From an uncultured Thermoleophilia bacterium (GTDB lineage Bacteria > Actinomycetota > Thermoleophilia > UBA2241), in contig CAVQSP010000017.1 of the NCBI GenBank assembly GCA_963715985.1, forward strand, positions 245,346 to 309,345: a stretch of DNA of 64,000 nucleotides, written 5' to 3'. This document shows positions 1-9,173 of the stretch, piece by piece. The notes beneath the pieces were generated by a model. The model did no database searches. It was given only the letters and a program-made list of their open reading frames with translations, and was not told the DNA's origin. The number at the start of each line of letters is the position of its first letter. Within the stretch, counting starts at the first letter, position 1. The position numbers and the translations under genes were made by a program.

Positions 1-4
1 CGTC

Positions 5-388
5 GTGTACGGGGTCAAGCGGGTGGAGCTCGGCTTCTTCCTGAGCCTGGCGGCCGGCAACGTGTCCGGGCTGCTCGGGGTGGGCGGAGGCGCCTTCAAG
101 GTGCCCGTCATGAACATGCTGATGGGCATCCCCATCAAGGCAACCATCGCCACCAGCAACCTCATGATCGGTGTCACCGCCGCGACCGGAGCGGCCATCT
201 TCTACGGTCGCGGGTACATGGACCCGCACTTCGTGGTGCCGGCGGCGCTCGGCATCCTCGTCGGCGCCCGCTTCGGCCCGGCCCTTGCCGTGCGGCTCTC
301 CGCCCGCGCCTTGGGCGTCATCTTCCAGGTCGTGCTGCTCGTCTTCGCTGCGCTCATGATCCTCCAGGCGGCGGGGGTGACGCTGTGA
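5..388 (+). CDS. Sulfite exporter TauE/SafE family membrane protein (5' truncated by window edge)
   Basis: SGLLGVGGG-x-F-K-V-P and A-I-A-T-S-N motifs typical of the second TauE repeat; hydrophobic; followed by a DUF1634-like gene. Confidence 0.85.
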   Translation: MYGVKRVELGFFLSLAAGNVSGLLGVGGGAFKVPVMNMLMGIPIKATIATSNLMIGVTAATGAAIFYGRGYMDPHFVVPAALGILVGARFGPALAVRLSARALGVIFQVVLLVFAALMILQAAGVTL

Positions 389-813
389 GCGGCGGAGCGC
401 CGGGACGAGGGCCGGACGGGCGCCCGCCGGGTCCGGCCCCGGACGTCTCGGGCGAGGCTTCGCTCCCGGCCGAGCACCACATGGACCCGATCGAGCGGAC
501 GATCCATCGCGTGCTGCAGACGGGCATCGCCGTGAGCGTCGTCCTGCTGGCCATAGGGCTCCTGCTCGACGCGGCGCGCGGTGAGGGCCTCTCGACCAGC
601 GTCGTCCCCGCCGCCGAGCTCCCGGCCGCGCTGGCGAGCCTCGACCCTGCCGCCTTCCTCTCGCTGGGCCTCATCGTTCTGATCGCGACGCCCTTCGTGC
701 GCGTGGGCGGCTCCATCGTGACGTTCGCGCGCCAGCATGACCGGCGTTACGTGGCGATCACGTCGATCGTGCTCGCGGTGATGCTGCTCAGCGTGCTGGT
801 CGGCCGCGCCTGA
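385..813 (+). CDS. DUF1634-like membrane protein (start may be ATG 481)
   Basis: Three hydrophobic segments, LGLIVLIATPFVRV and D-R-R-Y motifs; GTGA overlap with TauE, a common gene pair. Confidence 0.75.
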   Translation: MSGGAPGRGPDGRPPGPAPDVSGEASLPAEHHMDPIERTIHRVLQTGIAVSVVLLAIGLLLDAARGEGLSTSVVPAAELPAALASLDPAAFLSLGLIVLIATPFVRVGGSIVTFARQHDRRYVAITSIVLAVMLLSVLVGRA

Positions 814-849
814 GGGCCGCGGCGGCCCGGTCGCCGGGCGGCGCCGGGC

Positions 850-2109
850 TCAGAGCGCGCAGGAGGGGCCGGCGTCGACGCCCCTCACGGCGGCCGAGGC
901 CCGCCGTCCGGACACCATCGCGCCCTGGATCGACGCCGTGTCCCGGTGGTCGCCGCACACGAAGAGCCCGTCTCGCAGCCTCACGGGCCGCTCCGCGGTG
1001 GGGAAGGCCTCCGGCGTCTGCGCCGGCAGCGCGAACGGGATGCGGTACACGGCGAGCCGGCGCCAGCCCGTTACCTGCGCCCCGAACCAGGCGCGCAGCT
1101 GGCCGCGCACGGCGGCGTCCAGCGCCTCGTCGTCGAGCGCCGGGATGCCGAGGATGCTGGCCGAGACCAGGGCGCCGCCGGGCGGCGCGTAGCTCGGGGC
1201 CACGTCGCTGGGCACGCAGAGCGTGTTGACAGGCCCCGTGGTCTCGCCGTTGAGCACGAGCACCGGCTCGCCCACCGGGGAGCGCTCCGCGGCGTAGTAC
1301 ACACAGGTGGTGGCCCGGGCACCCGGCGCCTCGAGGGCGCCGGTCAGCCGGGCCGCCTCCTGCCCGTCCGTGGCCACGACCACGGCGCCGGCGTCCAGGC
1401 GCTCGCCACCGGCCAGCGTCACGCCGGTGCTCGCGACGGACTCCGCCGTGCACCGCAGGCGCACGGCTGAGTCCGGCAGGCGCTCCGCCAGTTGCCGTGG
1501 GACGGCCTGCATCCCGGCCGCCGGCAGTGCGGCCACGCCCTCCGCGAACATCTTGAAGACGAAGGCGAAGAGGCGGCTCGACGTCTGCAGGGCCGGGTCC
1601 AGGAAGATGCCGCCCAGGTACGGCCTGAAGAACTGCTCGACCATGCCGGCGGAGAAGCCCTCCGTGCGCAGGGCCTCGCGCGTCGACAGCTGCGGTGCGT
1701 CGAGCACTTCGTTGAGCGACAGGCGCAGCAGCCGGCGCCGCAGGCGCGCGACGCGCAGCTTGTCGGCGAGCGTCCCGGGACCCTGTCCCAGCGAGCGCGC
1801 CGCGTCCAGCGGGTGGCGCGTGGGGTCGGCGAAGCGGGTCACGTGGCCCTCGCGCCACACGAGCGCTCCGGCGTAGAACGGCCGCAGCCCCAGGCGTTCG
1901 TAGTCGAGCACGCGCCGCGCCTCCGGGTAGGCTGTCGGGAGCACCTGGAAGCCGCGGTCCAGCTGGAATCCCTCGACGACGTCGGTGCGGATCCTGCCGC
2001 CGGGCGCGTCGGCGCGCTCGAGCACCACCACGTCGGCGCCGTGGCGGTGGAGGTCGGCGGCGCAGCTCAGTCCGGCGACGCCGCCGCCGACGACAACGAC
2101 GTCCGGCAT
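850..2109 (-). CDS. FAD-dependent oxidoreductase (amine oxidase/protoporphyrinogen oxidase-like)
   Basis: N-terminal VVVVGGGVAGL Rossmann motif, GGRIRT, DRGFQV, C-terminal CGD...SIQGAMVSG; true start ATG 2109 within the longer ORF. Confidence 0.85.
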   Translation of the reverse strand: MPDVVVVGGGVAGLSCAADLHRHGADVVVLERADAPGGRIRTDVVEGFQLDRGFQVLPTAYPEARRVLDYERLGLRPFYAGALVWREGHVTRFADPTRHPLDAARSLGQGPGTLADKLRVARLRRRLLRLSLNEVLDAPQLSTREALRTEGFSAGMVEQFFRPYLGGIFLDPALQTSSRLFAFVFKMFAEGVAALPAAGMQAVPRQLAERLPDSAVRLRCTAESVASTGVTLAGGERLDAGAVVVATDGQEAARLTGALEAPGARATTCVYYAAERSPVGEPVLVLNGETTGPVNTLCVPSDVAPSYAPPGGALVSASILGIPALDDEALDAAVRGQLRAWFGAQVTGWRRLAVYRIPFALPAQTPEAFPTAERPVRLRDGLFVCGDHRDTASIQGAMVSGRRASAAVRGVDAGPSCAL

Positions 2110-2110
2110 G

Positions 2111-2605
2111 TCACACCGCGTCCGGGTCGCCGGGCTCAGGCTGCGCGGCGCCCGGCACCACCCGGTCCCAATACTCGGCCAGGCGCGCCAGGTCCGCGTC
2201 GTCGAAGTGGTGCAGGAAGAGGCGGCGCACGCCCGCGAGGTGGGTGGGGCGCGCCTCGCCGAGCTTGTCCCGGCCGGCCGCGGTGAGCACCGCCCAGTAC
2301 CCTCGCCCGTCCTCCGAGCAGCGCTCCCGCCGCACCAGTCCATCACGCTCCATGCGATCGACCAGGCGGCTGACGCCGCTGGCGCTGAGCAGCACGGAGC
2401 GGCAGAGGTCGCTCATACGCAGGCGGTGCCTCCCGGCGTCGCCGAGGTGGAGCAGGACTTCATAGGAGCGCAGCCCGATGCCGTGCGCCGCGGTGAGGTC
2501 GGCGTCCATGGCCCGCAGCAGCGAGGCGTGGACGCGCAGCATGCCTCTCCACGCTGCGAGCTCCCGGGTCGTGAGTGTCGTCGTGCGGTGTGCCGAGTCC
2601 GTCAT
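2111..2605 (-). CDS. MarR family transcriptional regulator
   Basis: YEVLLHL...MSDL...LSASGVSRLVDRMERDGLVRR...DGRG...LT winged-helix signature. Confidence 0.9.
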   Translation of the reverse strand: MTDSAHRTTTLTTRELAAWRGMLRVHASLLRAMDADLTAAHGIGLRSYEVLLHLGDAGRHRLRMSDLCRSVLLSASGVSRLVDRMERDGLVRRERCSEDGRGYWAVLTAAGRDKLGEARPTHLAGVRRLFLHHFDDADLARLAEYWDRVVPGAAQPEPGDPDAV

Positions 2606-2616
2606 GTCCCTCGATT

Positions 2617-2640
2617 CCTTGAACGGTCAAGGGAAGTATA
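2617..2640 (-). promoter_or_regulatory. Candidate MarR operator and -10 box
   Basis: Inverted repeat CCTTGA-ACGG-TCAAGG (2617-2632) just downstream of a minus-strand TATACT (2640-2635). Confidence 0.45.
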
Positions 2641-2815
2641 CCTTGCCCGGCGGGCACCCTCGCGCTTCATGCAACGTCGTGGGTGCGCGGGTAGAGTGCT
2701 CCGCGGCAGAGGCCCGGCCGGCGAGACGGGCTCTCCCGGTCCACCAGGGCCGGCGTGTGTTTGCCCCGGGGAACCTGGTCCATGGACCGCACTCGACGTC
2801 GGACGGAGGTCCGCG

Positions 2816-3178
2816 ATGGCTGACCCGAACTCATCTGCCTGGCACCGGCGTGAACGCAGCCGCGACCTCACGGGCCTGGGCTGGCTGGAGGCGGACGTCC
2901 TCCGTGTGGTCTGGGACCGGGGAGAGGTCACCGTGCGCGACGTCTACGAGGACCTGCGCGAGCAGCGCCGCATCGCGTACACCACGGTGATGAGCGTGCT
3001 CCGCAACCTGGCCGCCAAAGGCCTTCTCGAGCAGGACCGGTCGCAGGCCGCCTACGTCTACCGGCCGCGCGTCACCGACGAAGAGGTCGCGCGGGGCATC
3101 CTCGACGCCCTCGTGGACAAGATCATGGGCGGGCGTCGCCAGCCGCTCATCGACTACCTGCAGCACCCGCCGCAGTGA
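2816..3178 (+). CDS. BlaI/MecI/CopY family repressor
   Basis: LEADVLRVVW...TVRDV...IAYTTVMSVLRNLAAKGLL; GGAGG RBS before ATG 2816. Confidence 0.9.
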   Translation: MADPNSSAWHRRERSRDLTGLGWLEADVLRVVWDRGEVTVRDVYEDLREQRRIAYTTVMSVLRNLAAKGLLEQDRSQAAYVYRPRVTDEEVARGILDALVDKIMGGRRQPLIDYLQHPPQ

Positions 3179-3212
3179 GCGCGGGCGGGCGACCTGGTCG
3201 CCCGCCCGCGCT
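3178..3212. terminator. GC-rich hairpin between convergent genes
   Basis: 17-bp perfect inverted repeat AGCGCGGGCGGGCGACC-T-GGTCGCCCGCCCGCGCT. Confidence 0.6.
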
Positions 3213-3224
3213 GCGTGCCTCGTT

Positions 3225-5048
3225 CTACTCGCTGACCTCGCGCCTGGGTCGCCGCAGCAGCAGCACGACCACCGCGATCACGACGACCGCCGCGATCACG
3301 ATGCCGACGATGAGCGCGGTGTTCGACGAGCCGGTGTCGCTGGTCTCCGTCGTGGCGGTCTTCGGCTGCACCTGCACATAGGTGTCGATGTTGTCGTTCT
3401 GCAGCACGACCAGGCCTTCCTCGCCCGGGTAGGGGACCCAGCCCTCCCACTTGGCGGTGTTGTAAGCGGTCAGGTACTTCGGGTAGTAGAGCACCGCATA
3501 GTGCGCGTTGTCGTAGAACACCTGCTGCATGCGCTGGACCTGCTGTTCGCGCGCCGCCGGGTCCATCTCGGCGTCCTGCTGGTCGTAGAGTCTGTCGTAT
3601 TCCGCGTTGGACCAGCAGGCGTCGTTCCACATCTCGATCTGCGAGGTGATGAAGGACCCGAGCTGGTAGCCCGGATCGGCGGTGCCGCCCCAGCCCCAGA
3701 TGAACATGTCGTAGTTCGGAGCGTAGGTGTCGCCCTTGTAGGTGTAGATGCCGTCGTTGAGCGTGCCGTCGTTCTCGACGCTGAGGATGATCTTCAGGCC
3801 GAGCTCTTCGAACGACCCCGCGATCAGCTTGCCGGCGCGCTGCTGCTCTGGCGACTCACTCCGCGTCCAGAGTCGCAGCTCGATCGGTTTGCCCTGCTTG
3901 TCTTCCCTGATGCCGTCCCCGTCCGAGTCGGTGTAGCCAGCCTCGTCGAGCAGCTGGGCGGCCTTTGCCATGTCGTAGCCGAACGTCTCCTCGGGCGGAG
4001 GCGTCCAGGCGTAGTCGGTGAACGGCCCGATGATCGACTGGCCGACCTCTCCGTAGCCGTTGAGGGCCGTGTCGACGATCTTCTGCTTGTCGACCGCCCA
4101 GCTGATCGCCTGGCGGAACTTGAGGTCGCGCAGTACGGGGTTCGCCTGCGAGTCGTCGCTGTCGTAGACGTTCATGGCCAGCTCGACGAAGTAGCGGAAG
4201 AGGGCGGCTTTCGCCGTGATGCCGGGCTCGCTCTTCAGGGCGTTGAACTGTGCCGCGGGCAGCTGCACCGCGACGTCGAGAGCGCCGCTCTTGAGGTCCA
4301 TCGCCATGGTGTCCTGGTTGGTGTAGATCTGGAGGATCACCTCGTCGACCTTGGGGGCGCCCATCCAGTAGTCCTTGTTGGCGGCGAAGCGGACGTACGA
4401 GCCCTTCTTGACCTCGATCGTCTGGAAGGGGCCGGAGCCGATGACCGGCGGCTTGGAGTTGTAGGTGGCTGCCTTGTCGCCCGGGATCTTGCTCCAGATG
4501 TGCTCCGGGACGATAGGGATCCACAGGCGCAGCATGGTGGCCTTCGGCTTCGTGAGGTGGAACTCGACCGTGGCGTCGTCAATGGCCACGGCCTCCTTGA
4601 TGTTCTGCGTGCTGCTCGTGTAGGCCGAGAGCTCGTTGTCGATGATGTAGTTGTAGGTGAAGGCGACGTCCGCGGCGGTCACGGGCTCGCCGTCCTGCCA
4701 CTTCATGCCGGGATGGATCTTGAACGTCCAGGTCAGACCGTCGGGCGACGTCTCCCAGCTGTCGGCGATCTCCGGCCGCACGCTGCCGTCGGGCGCGTAG
4801 CCGGTCAGCATGTCGTAGTTCAGGTGGAACATCTCGTAGGCCGCGACGGTGACGCCGGCGAACGGGTTGAGGCTGTCGATGTCCTGCAGGGTGCCGACGC
4901 GCAGCACCACCTTCTCCGCTCCGGGCGAAGGCGAGGAGGATGCCGTCGCGGCTGTGGCGATCCCCCATGCCAGTCCGCAGGTCGCCAGGGTCGCCAGCGC
5001 GAACGCCGCGAGCCTGGCCGGAGTGAGACGACGTGAGCGAGTGTGCAT
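3225..5048 (-). CDS. ABC transporter substrate-binding protein, family 5 (peptide/nickel), with C-terminal membrane anchor
   Basis: Signal peptide; DSLNPF, ADSWETSPDGLTWTF, KWQDGEPVTAADVAFT, VIGSGPF motifs; C-terminal TM plus basic tail. Confidence 0.9.
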   Translation of the reverse strand: MHTRSRRLTPARLAAFALATLATCGLAWGIATAATASSSPSPGAEKVVLRVGTLQDIDSLNPFAGVTVAAYEMFHLNYDMLTGYAPDGSVRPEIADSWETSPDGLTWTFKIHPGMKWQDGEPVTAADVAFTYNYIIDNELSAYTSSTQNIKEAVAIDDATVEFHLTKPKATMLRLWIPIVPEHIWSKIPGDKAATYNSKPPVIGSGPFQTIEVKKGSYVRFAANKDYWMGAPKVDEVILQIYTNQDTMAMDLKSGALDVAVQLPAAQFNALKSEPGITAKAALFRYFVELAMNVYDSDDSQANPVLRDLKFRQAISWAVDKQKIVDTALNGYGEVGQSIIGPFTDYAWTPPPEETFGYDMAKAAQLLDEAGYTDSDGDGIREDKQGKPIELRLWTRSESPEQQRAGKLIAGSFEELGLKIILSVENDGTLNDGIYTYKGDTYAPNYDMFIWGWGGTADPGYQLGSFITSQIEMWNDACWSNAEYDRLYDQQDAEMDPAAREQQVQRMQQVFYDNAHYAVLYYPKYLTAYNTAKWEGWVPYPGEEGLVVLQNDNIDTYVQVQPKTATTETSDTGSSNTALIVGIVIAAVVVIAVVVLLLRRPRREVSE

Positions 5049-5273
5049 GTCCGGTACCCCCTGACCGTTGTGCTTGCGGCGAATCCCCCGAGCCACCGCT
5101 GTTCATGCCAAGAATACGCCAATCTCGTGGGTGGATGTGCGGCAGTCGGCTCATCGGCCGGCGTCCGGTGGGCGTTGCGGGGTGCGGAGCCTGCGGATAG
5201 AGTGCGGGGGGCCGCGGCGCCGGAGGCGATCGCGGCCCCCCGCCGTCCGCACGTCGATCCGCCGGAGGTACCC

Positions 5274-7001
5274 GTGAGCGGCCGCCCATCAGCTACGTCG
5301 CCGGGCACTTCCGGTACCGAGCCCGGCGGTCGGCCGCCGGCCCAACGTACTGTGTCCGCGGCGGAGCCGCTCGTCCAGGCGCTTCTGGACGACCTCGTCG
5401 AAGACGACCCGGTGCTGGCCAGCGGCCTCGGCCTGACCGCCGGCGCCGACAGGCTGCCGTCGTGGTCCGCGGACGCGGTGGCCCGGCGGCTGCGCATGGC
5501 AGACGACCACGCGGAGCGCCTGGCGCCGCTCGTGGCCTCGCCGGACCCCGTCACCGCCGTCGACGCCTTCATCGGCCTGCAGATCACACGCCGCCTGCGG
5601 CGCTCCTTCGCGCTGCGCGAGGTGCACCGCACCCAGCCCGGCGCCTATCTCGACGTCCTCTTCGGCGTGTTCCCCCTTCTGCTGCGCGAGCTGGGCACCC
5701 CTCACGAGCGCGTGGACGCGCTCGCGGGCCGGCTGAACGCCGCGCCCCGGCTCCTCGAGGAGGCGCGCGCCAACCTTGGCCACGAATTGCCCGCCGTCGC
5801 GCTGGAGGTGGGCGTGGACCAGGCGGAGGCCCTCCTTGAGCTCGTGGGGACCACCGTGAGGGACTTCGCCCGCGAGGCCGGCCGCGAGGGCGCGCTCGAC
5901 GAGCCCTCGCGTACCGCCGGCGAGGCGGTGGCCGCCTTCCGCGATCATCTCCGCGACGAGTTGCTCCCGCGGGCCACTACGCTGGGCGGCGCCGGCCGCG
6001 ACGTGCTCGAGGACACCCTGCGCTGGGAGCACGTGCTCGACGAGCGCCCCGAGGACCTCGCCGCCTACGGCCGCGAGGTCCTCGCCGAGTCGCAGGCGAG
6101 GATGCGCGACCTGGCGCGGGAGCTGGGCCACGACGACGTGTCGGCCGCCGTCGCCGAGATCTGCTTACGCCACCCGGCCGCGCCGGACATCGTGGCCGCC
6201 TACGGCGACGCTGTGCGCGGCGCCCGGCAGTTCGTGGCGGATCATGGCATCGTGTCGCTGCCCGAGGGAGAGGAGCTCGAGGTCGTCGCCACGCCGCCGT
6301 TCCTCCGCCGCCTTCTGCCGTTCGCCGCCTACGAGCCCCCGGGGCCGTATGACGCGCGGCAGCTCGGCTACTACTACGTCACGCCGCCGCGCGACGGATT
6401 GGCGCCGGCAGAGCTGGAGGAGGCTCTGCGCAACCACCCGTTCGCCTCCATGCCCACAACCGGCGTGCACGAGGCCTACCCCGGACACCACCTGCAGATC
6501 GTCAGCGCCAACCACGCGCCCACGCTGGCGCGCCGCATCGCCTACCTTCCGATGGGCGGCGACATCCTCGTGGAAGGCTGGGCCTTCTACTGCGAGGAGC
6601 TCATGGAGCGCGAAGGGTATCTCGCCGACCCCGCGGTGCGGCTGATGCGCCTCAACGACCAGGCCTGGCGTGCGTGCCGGGTCGTGATCGACGTCGAGTT
6701 CCACCTCGGGGCCATGGATCTCGCCGCGGCCGCGGACCTGCTCGAGGAGGCCGCGCACATGAACCGCTACGAGGCCGAGCTCGAGTGCCGCAGGTATGCG
6801 GTGGAGCCGGGCCAGGCGATGAGCTACCTGCTTGGGCGCCGCGAGGTGCAGCGTCTCGCCGACGCGTATCTCGCCTCCGGCACCGCGTCTCTGAGGGAGT
6901 TCCACGACGCGCTGCTGAGTTGGGGCTCGGTGGCGCCGGCGGTCATCGCCTGGGGTATGGGGCTGGCGCCCGCCCCGCCGGCCGCCGCCGCGCTCAGCTA
7001 G
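5274..7001 (+). CDS. DUF885 family protein (metallopeptidase-like)
   Basis: HEAYPGHHLQ, VEGWAFYCE, WRACRVVID, PGQAMSYLLG motifs; GGAGG before GTG 5274 (start uncertain). Confidence 0.85.
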   Translation: MSGRPSATSPGTSGTEPGGRPPAQRTVSAAEPLVQALLDDLVEDDPVLASGLGLTAGADRLPSWSADAVARRLRMADDHAERLAPLVASPDPVTAVDAFIGLQITRRLRRSFALREVHRTQPGAYLDVLFGVFPLLLRELGTPHERVDALAGRLNAAPRLLEEARANLGHELPAVALEVGVDQAEALLELVGTTVRDFAREAGREGALDEPSRTAGEAVAAFRDHLRDELLPRATTLGGAGRDVLEDTLRWEHVLDERPEDLAAYGREVLAESQARMRDLARELGHDDVSAAVAEICLRHPAAPDIVAAYGDAVRGARQFVADHGIVSLPEGEELEVVATPPFLRRLLPFAAYEPPGPYDARQLGYYYVTPPRDGLAPAELEEALRNHPFASMPTTGVHEAYPGHHLQIVSANHAPTLARRIAYLPMGGDILVEGWAFYCEELMEREGYLADPAVRLMRLNDQAWRACRVVIDVEFHLGAMDLAAAADLLEEAAHMNRYEAELECRRYAVEPGQAMSYLLGRREVQRLADAYLASGTASLREFHDALLSWGSVAPAVIAWGMGLAPAPPAAAALS

Positions 7002-7018
7002 CGGCGCGCGTCCGCCGG

Positions 7019-8434
7019 TCAGTTCCTGACGCGCTCGCGCTTCTCGGCGCCGTGCAGCACCACGCGGTCGCGGCCGGCGGCCTTGGCGCTGTACAGCGCC
7101 TGGTCTGACAGCTCCATGAGGGTGTCCAGGTCGGTGGCGTCACGCGGGCAGGTGGCCACGCCGACGCTGATGGTGATGTTGACGTCGGCGGGCAGACCCA
7201 GCCCGGTGTATCGCGTGCCGCTCAGCGTGCGCCGCACGCGCTCGGCCACGTAGTAGGCGTTCTCGCCGGGCGTGCTGGGCAGGAGCACCGCGAACTCCTC
7301 GCCGCCGTGCCGCGCGCAGATGTCGCTGGTGCGCAGCGCGTCCTGCATGGCCTGCGCCACGGTCTGCAGCACGCGGTCGCCGGTGGCGTGACCGTAGGTG
7401 TCGTTGAAGACCTTGAAGTGGTCGATGTCCACCATCAGGACGCTCAGCGGCGCCTGGTGGCGCAGGCTTCTATCGATCTCCTCCGCCGCGCGGTTCATGA
7501 AGTAGCGCCGGTTGTAGAGCCGCGTCAGGTGGTCGGTGACCACCTGGCGGCGGATGGCGTCGTACTTGTGGGCGTTGGTCAAGGCGCTCTGGATGTGGTT
7601 GCGAAGGGCGTCGAGGATGTCGTCCGAGAGCAGGGAGACGTACTCGCCGCTCGTGGAGGCCGCCAGCATGGCCATGTCGCCGACGTTCTCCACGCGCACC
7701 GGGATCACGACCTGCCCGCGCATGGTGGGCGGGAAGAGCGTGCAGGTGTGCCCGGTGGTGCGCACCAGCTGGCCCCCTGCGATGGCTTGGCGCACCGGGC
7801 AGTCCGGCGTGAAGGCGCAGCACTCCGCCGAGAGGCCGGGGGACAGCACGCCCTGGGCGCCCTCCAGGGAGAAAGCGCGCGCGTCGCCGTCCAGCTGCAG
7901 CAGGGCCGCGAAGTCGGCGTGCAGGAATGCGCGCGAGCGCGAAAGCACGCGCTCCACCGTCTCGCGGTACGGCAGCGCCGCGTTCATCTCCTTGCCCAGC
8001 TCACCGACGTCCATGAGCTGGCGGTTGAGGGCCTGCACGCGTTCGAGATCCGCCTTGAGGCTCTGTGACACCCACTCCTTGTCCTCCGCCGCCGTGAACA
8101 CGGCGATGAGCGTGCCGACCAGGTGCCCCATCTCGCGGATCTCGTCGCGGTAGAAGGGGTCATTGCGCTCGTAGGTGCCGCCGAGACGCGTGCGTGACCG
8201 GTGGATGAGGCTGTTGAGCGGCCGGTACACCCAGATGTCGAACACGAGGACGATGAGGATGAAGACCGCGAGGAGGGCCACCGCAAGCTGCCAGGCGGGG
8301 CCGGCGTGGAACCAGCGCGTGGCCACCACGAAGAACACCCCGAGCGTCACGGCCAGCACCGCGACCGTCTTCAGTTCGAGGCTGACTCCACGGGCGTAGC
8401 CGAGGCCCTCGCCCCGGCGTCGTTCAGGGGTCAT
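7019..8434 (-). CDS. Membrane diguanylate cyclase (2TM, HAMP-like, GAF, GGDEF)
   Basis: TDHLTRLYNRRYF, DIDHFKVFNDTYGH, intact GGEEF and RTSD I-site. Confidence 0.92.
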   Translation of the reverse strand: MTPERRRGEGLGYARGVSLELKTVAVLAVTLGVFFVVATRWFHAGPAWQLAVALLAVFILIVLVFDIWVYRPLNSLIHRSRTRLGGTYERNDPFYRDEIREMGHLVGTLIAVFTAAEDKEWVSQSLKADLERVQALNRQLMDVGELGKEMNAALPYRETVERVLSRSRAFLHADFAALLQLDGDARAFSLEGAQGVLSPGLSAECCAFTPDCPVRQAIAGGQLVRTTGHTCTLFPPTMRGQVVIPVRVENVGDMAMLAASTSGEYVSLLSDDILDALRNHIQSALTNAHKYDAIRRQVVTDHLTRLYNRRYFMNRAAEEIDRSLRHQAPLSVLMVDIDHFKVFNDTYGHATGDRVLQTVAQAMQDALRTSDICARHGGEEFAVLLPSTPGENAYYVAERVRRTLSGTRYTGLGLPADVNITISVGVATCPRDATDLDTLMELSDQALYSAKAAGRDRVVLHGAEKRERVRN

Positions 8435-8476
8435 GTCGGACGTAGCGCGCCTCTCGTGCGATTGCGGTCACTCGGG

Positions 8477-8503
8477 GTATCGGCAGAAGGTCGGCTTCCA
8501 TGA
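8477..8503 (-). promoter_or_regulatory. sigma28 (FliA/WhiG)-like promoter upstream of the diguanylate cyclase
   Basis: TCAT-N15-GCCGATAC on the minus strand; -10 matches GCCGATAA at 7 of 8 positions. Confidence 0.5.
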
Positions 8504-8544
8504 TAGGTGCCGCCCGGGCCGGCGAGGACGGCCCGCCGTTCGTG

Positions 8545-8745
8545 TCAGATCCGGCCGAGGATGCGGCGGTCGTGCGTGGGACGAGGGCACGTCCGCCGTT
8601 CTTCGATGCGACGCTCGCGCACGTAGTAGGCGCACACCGCGCAGTAGGTGCTGCAGGTGAGACGCGTGTCCACCTCGGCGACGCAGATCATCGGCTGGAA
8701 TGTGATGCGCGGGTCCTTCATGGGGCTCCACGACGTGTTCGGCAT
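8545..8745 (-). CDS. Small Cys-rich protein with ERR/DRR tail (start 8745, 8751 or 8766)
   Basis: Co-oriented in the gap between response regulator and DGC; AAGGAAG upstream; C..C-x3-C-x2-C then ERRIEERR...DRR. Confidence 0.55.
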   Translation of the reverse strand: MPNTSWSPMKDPRITFQPMICVAEVDTRLTCSTYCAVCAYYVRERRIEERRTCPRPTHDRRILGRI

Positions 8746-8791
8746 CCGCACGCGTGCTTCCTTCACGCCGGCGCCCCCCGCCGGCCTCTTG

Positions 8792-9160
8792 TCAGCCCTG
8801 GAGATAGCTCGCCACCACCGTGAGCACCTGGGCGATGCGGAACGGCTTCGTGATGTACCCGTCGATGCCCACGTCGGTGGCGCGCTCCATGTCGGTGGCC
8901 ATGGCTTTGGCCGAGAGCCCGACGATGGTGATGTCCTGGGTGGAGGGGTCGGCCTTGAGCTCGGTGACGGCTTCGTAGCCGCTGACCACCGGCATCATCA
9001 TGTCCATCAGCACGAGGTCGGGGTGATGCTCGCGAGAGAGGTCTACCGCCTCTCGCCCGTTGGTGGCCTTGTAGACAGTGTACCCCTGCGTCTCGAGCGA
9101 CATGGAGACGATGCTCAGGATGTCGGGATCGTCGTCTGCGACCAGGATGGCCTTGGCCAC
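8792..9160 (-). CDS. Single-domain response regulator (DivK/CheY-like)
   Basis: ILVADDD, DLVLMDMMMP, YITKPF; GAGGAGG RBS before GTG 9160. Confidence 0.92.
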   Translation of the reverse strand: MAKAILVADDDPDILSIVSMSLETQGYTVYKATNGREAVDLSREHHPDLVLMDMMMPVVSGYEAVTELKADPSTQDITIVGLSAKAMATDMERATDVGIDGYITKPFRIAQVLTVVASYLQG

Positions 9161-9173
9161 GTCGTGTACCTCC

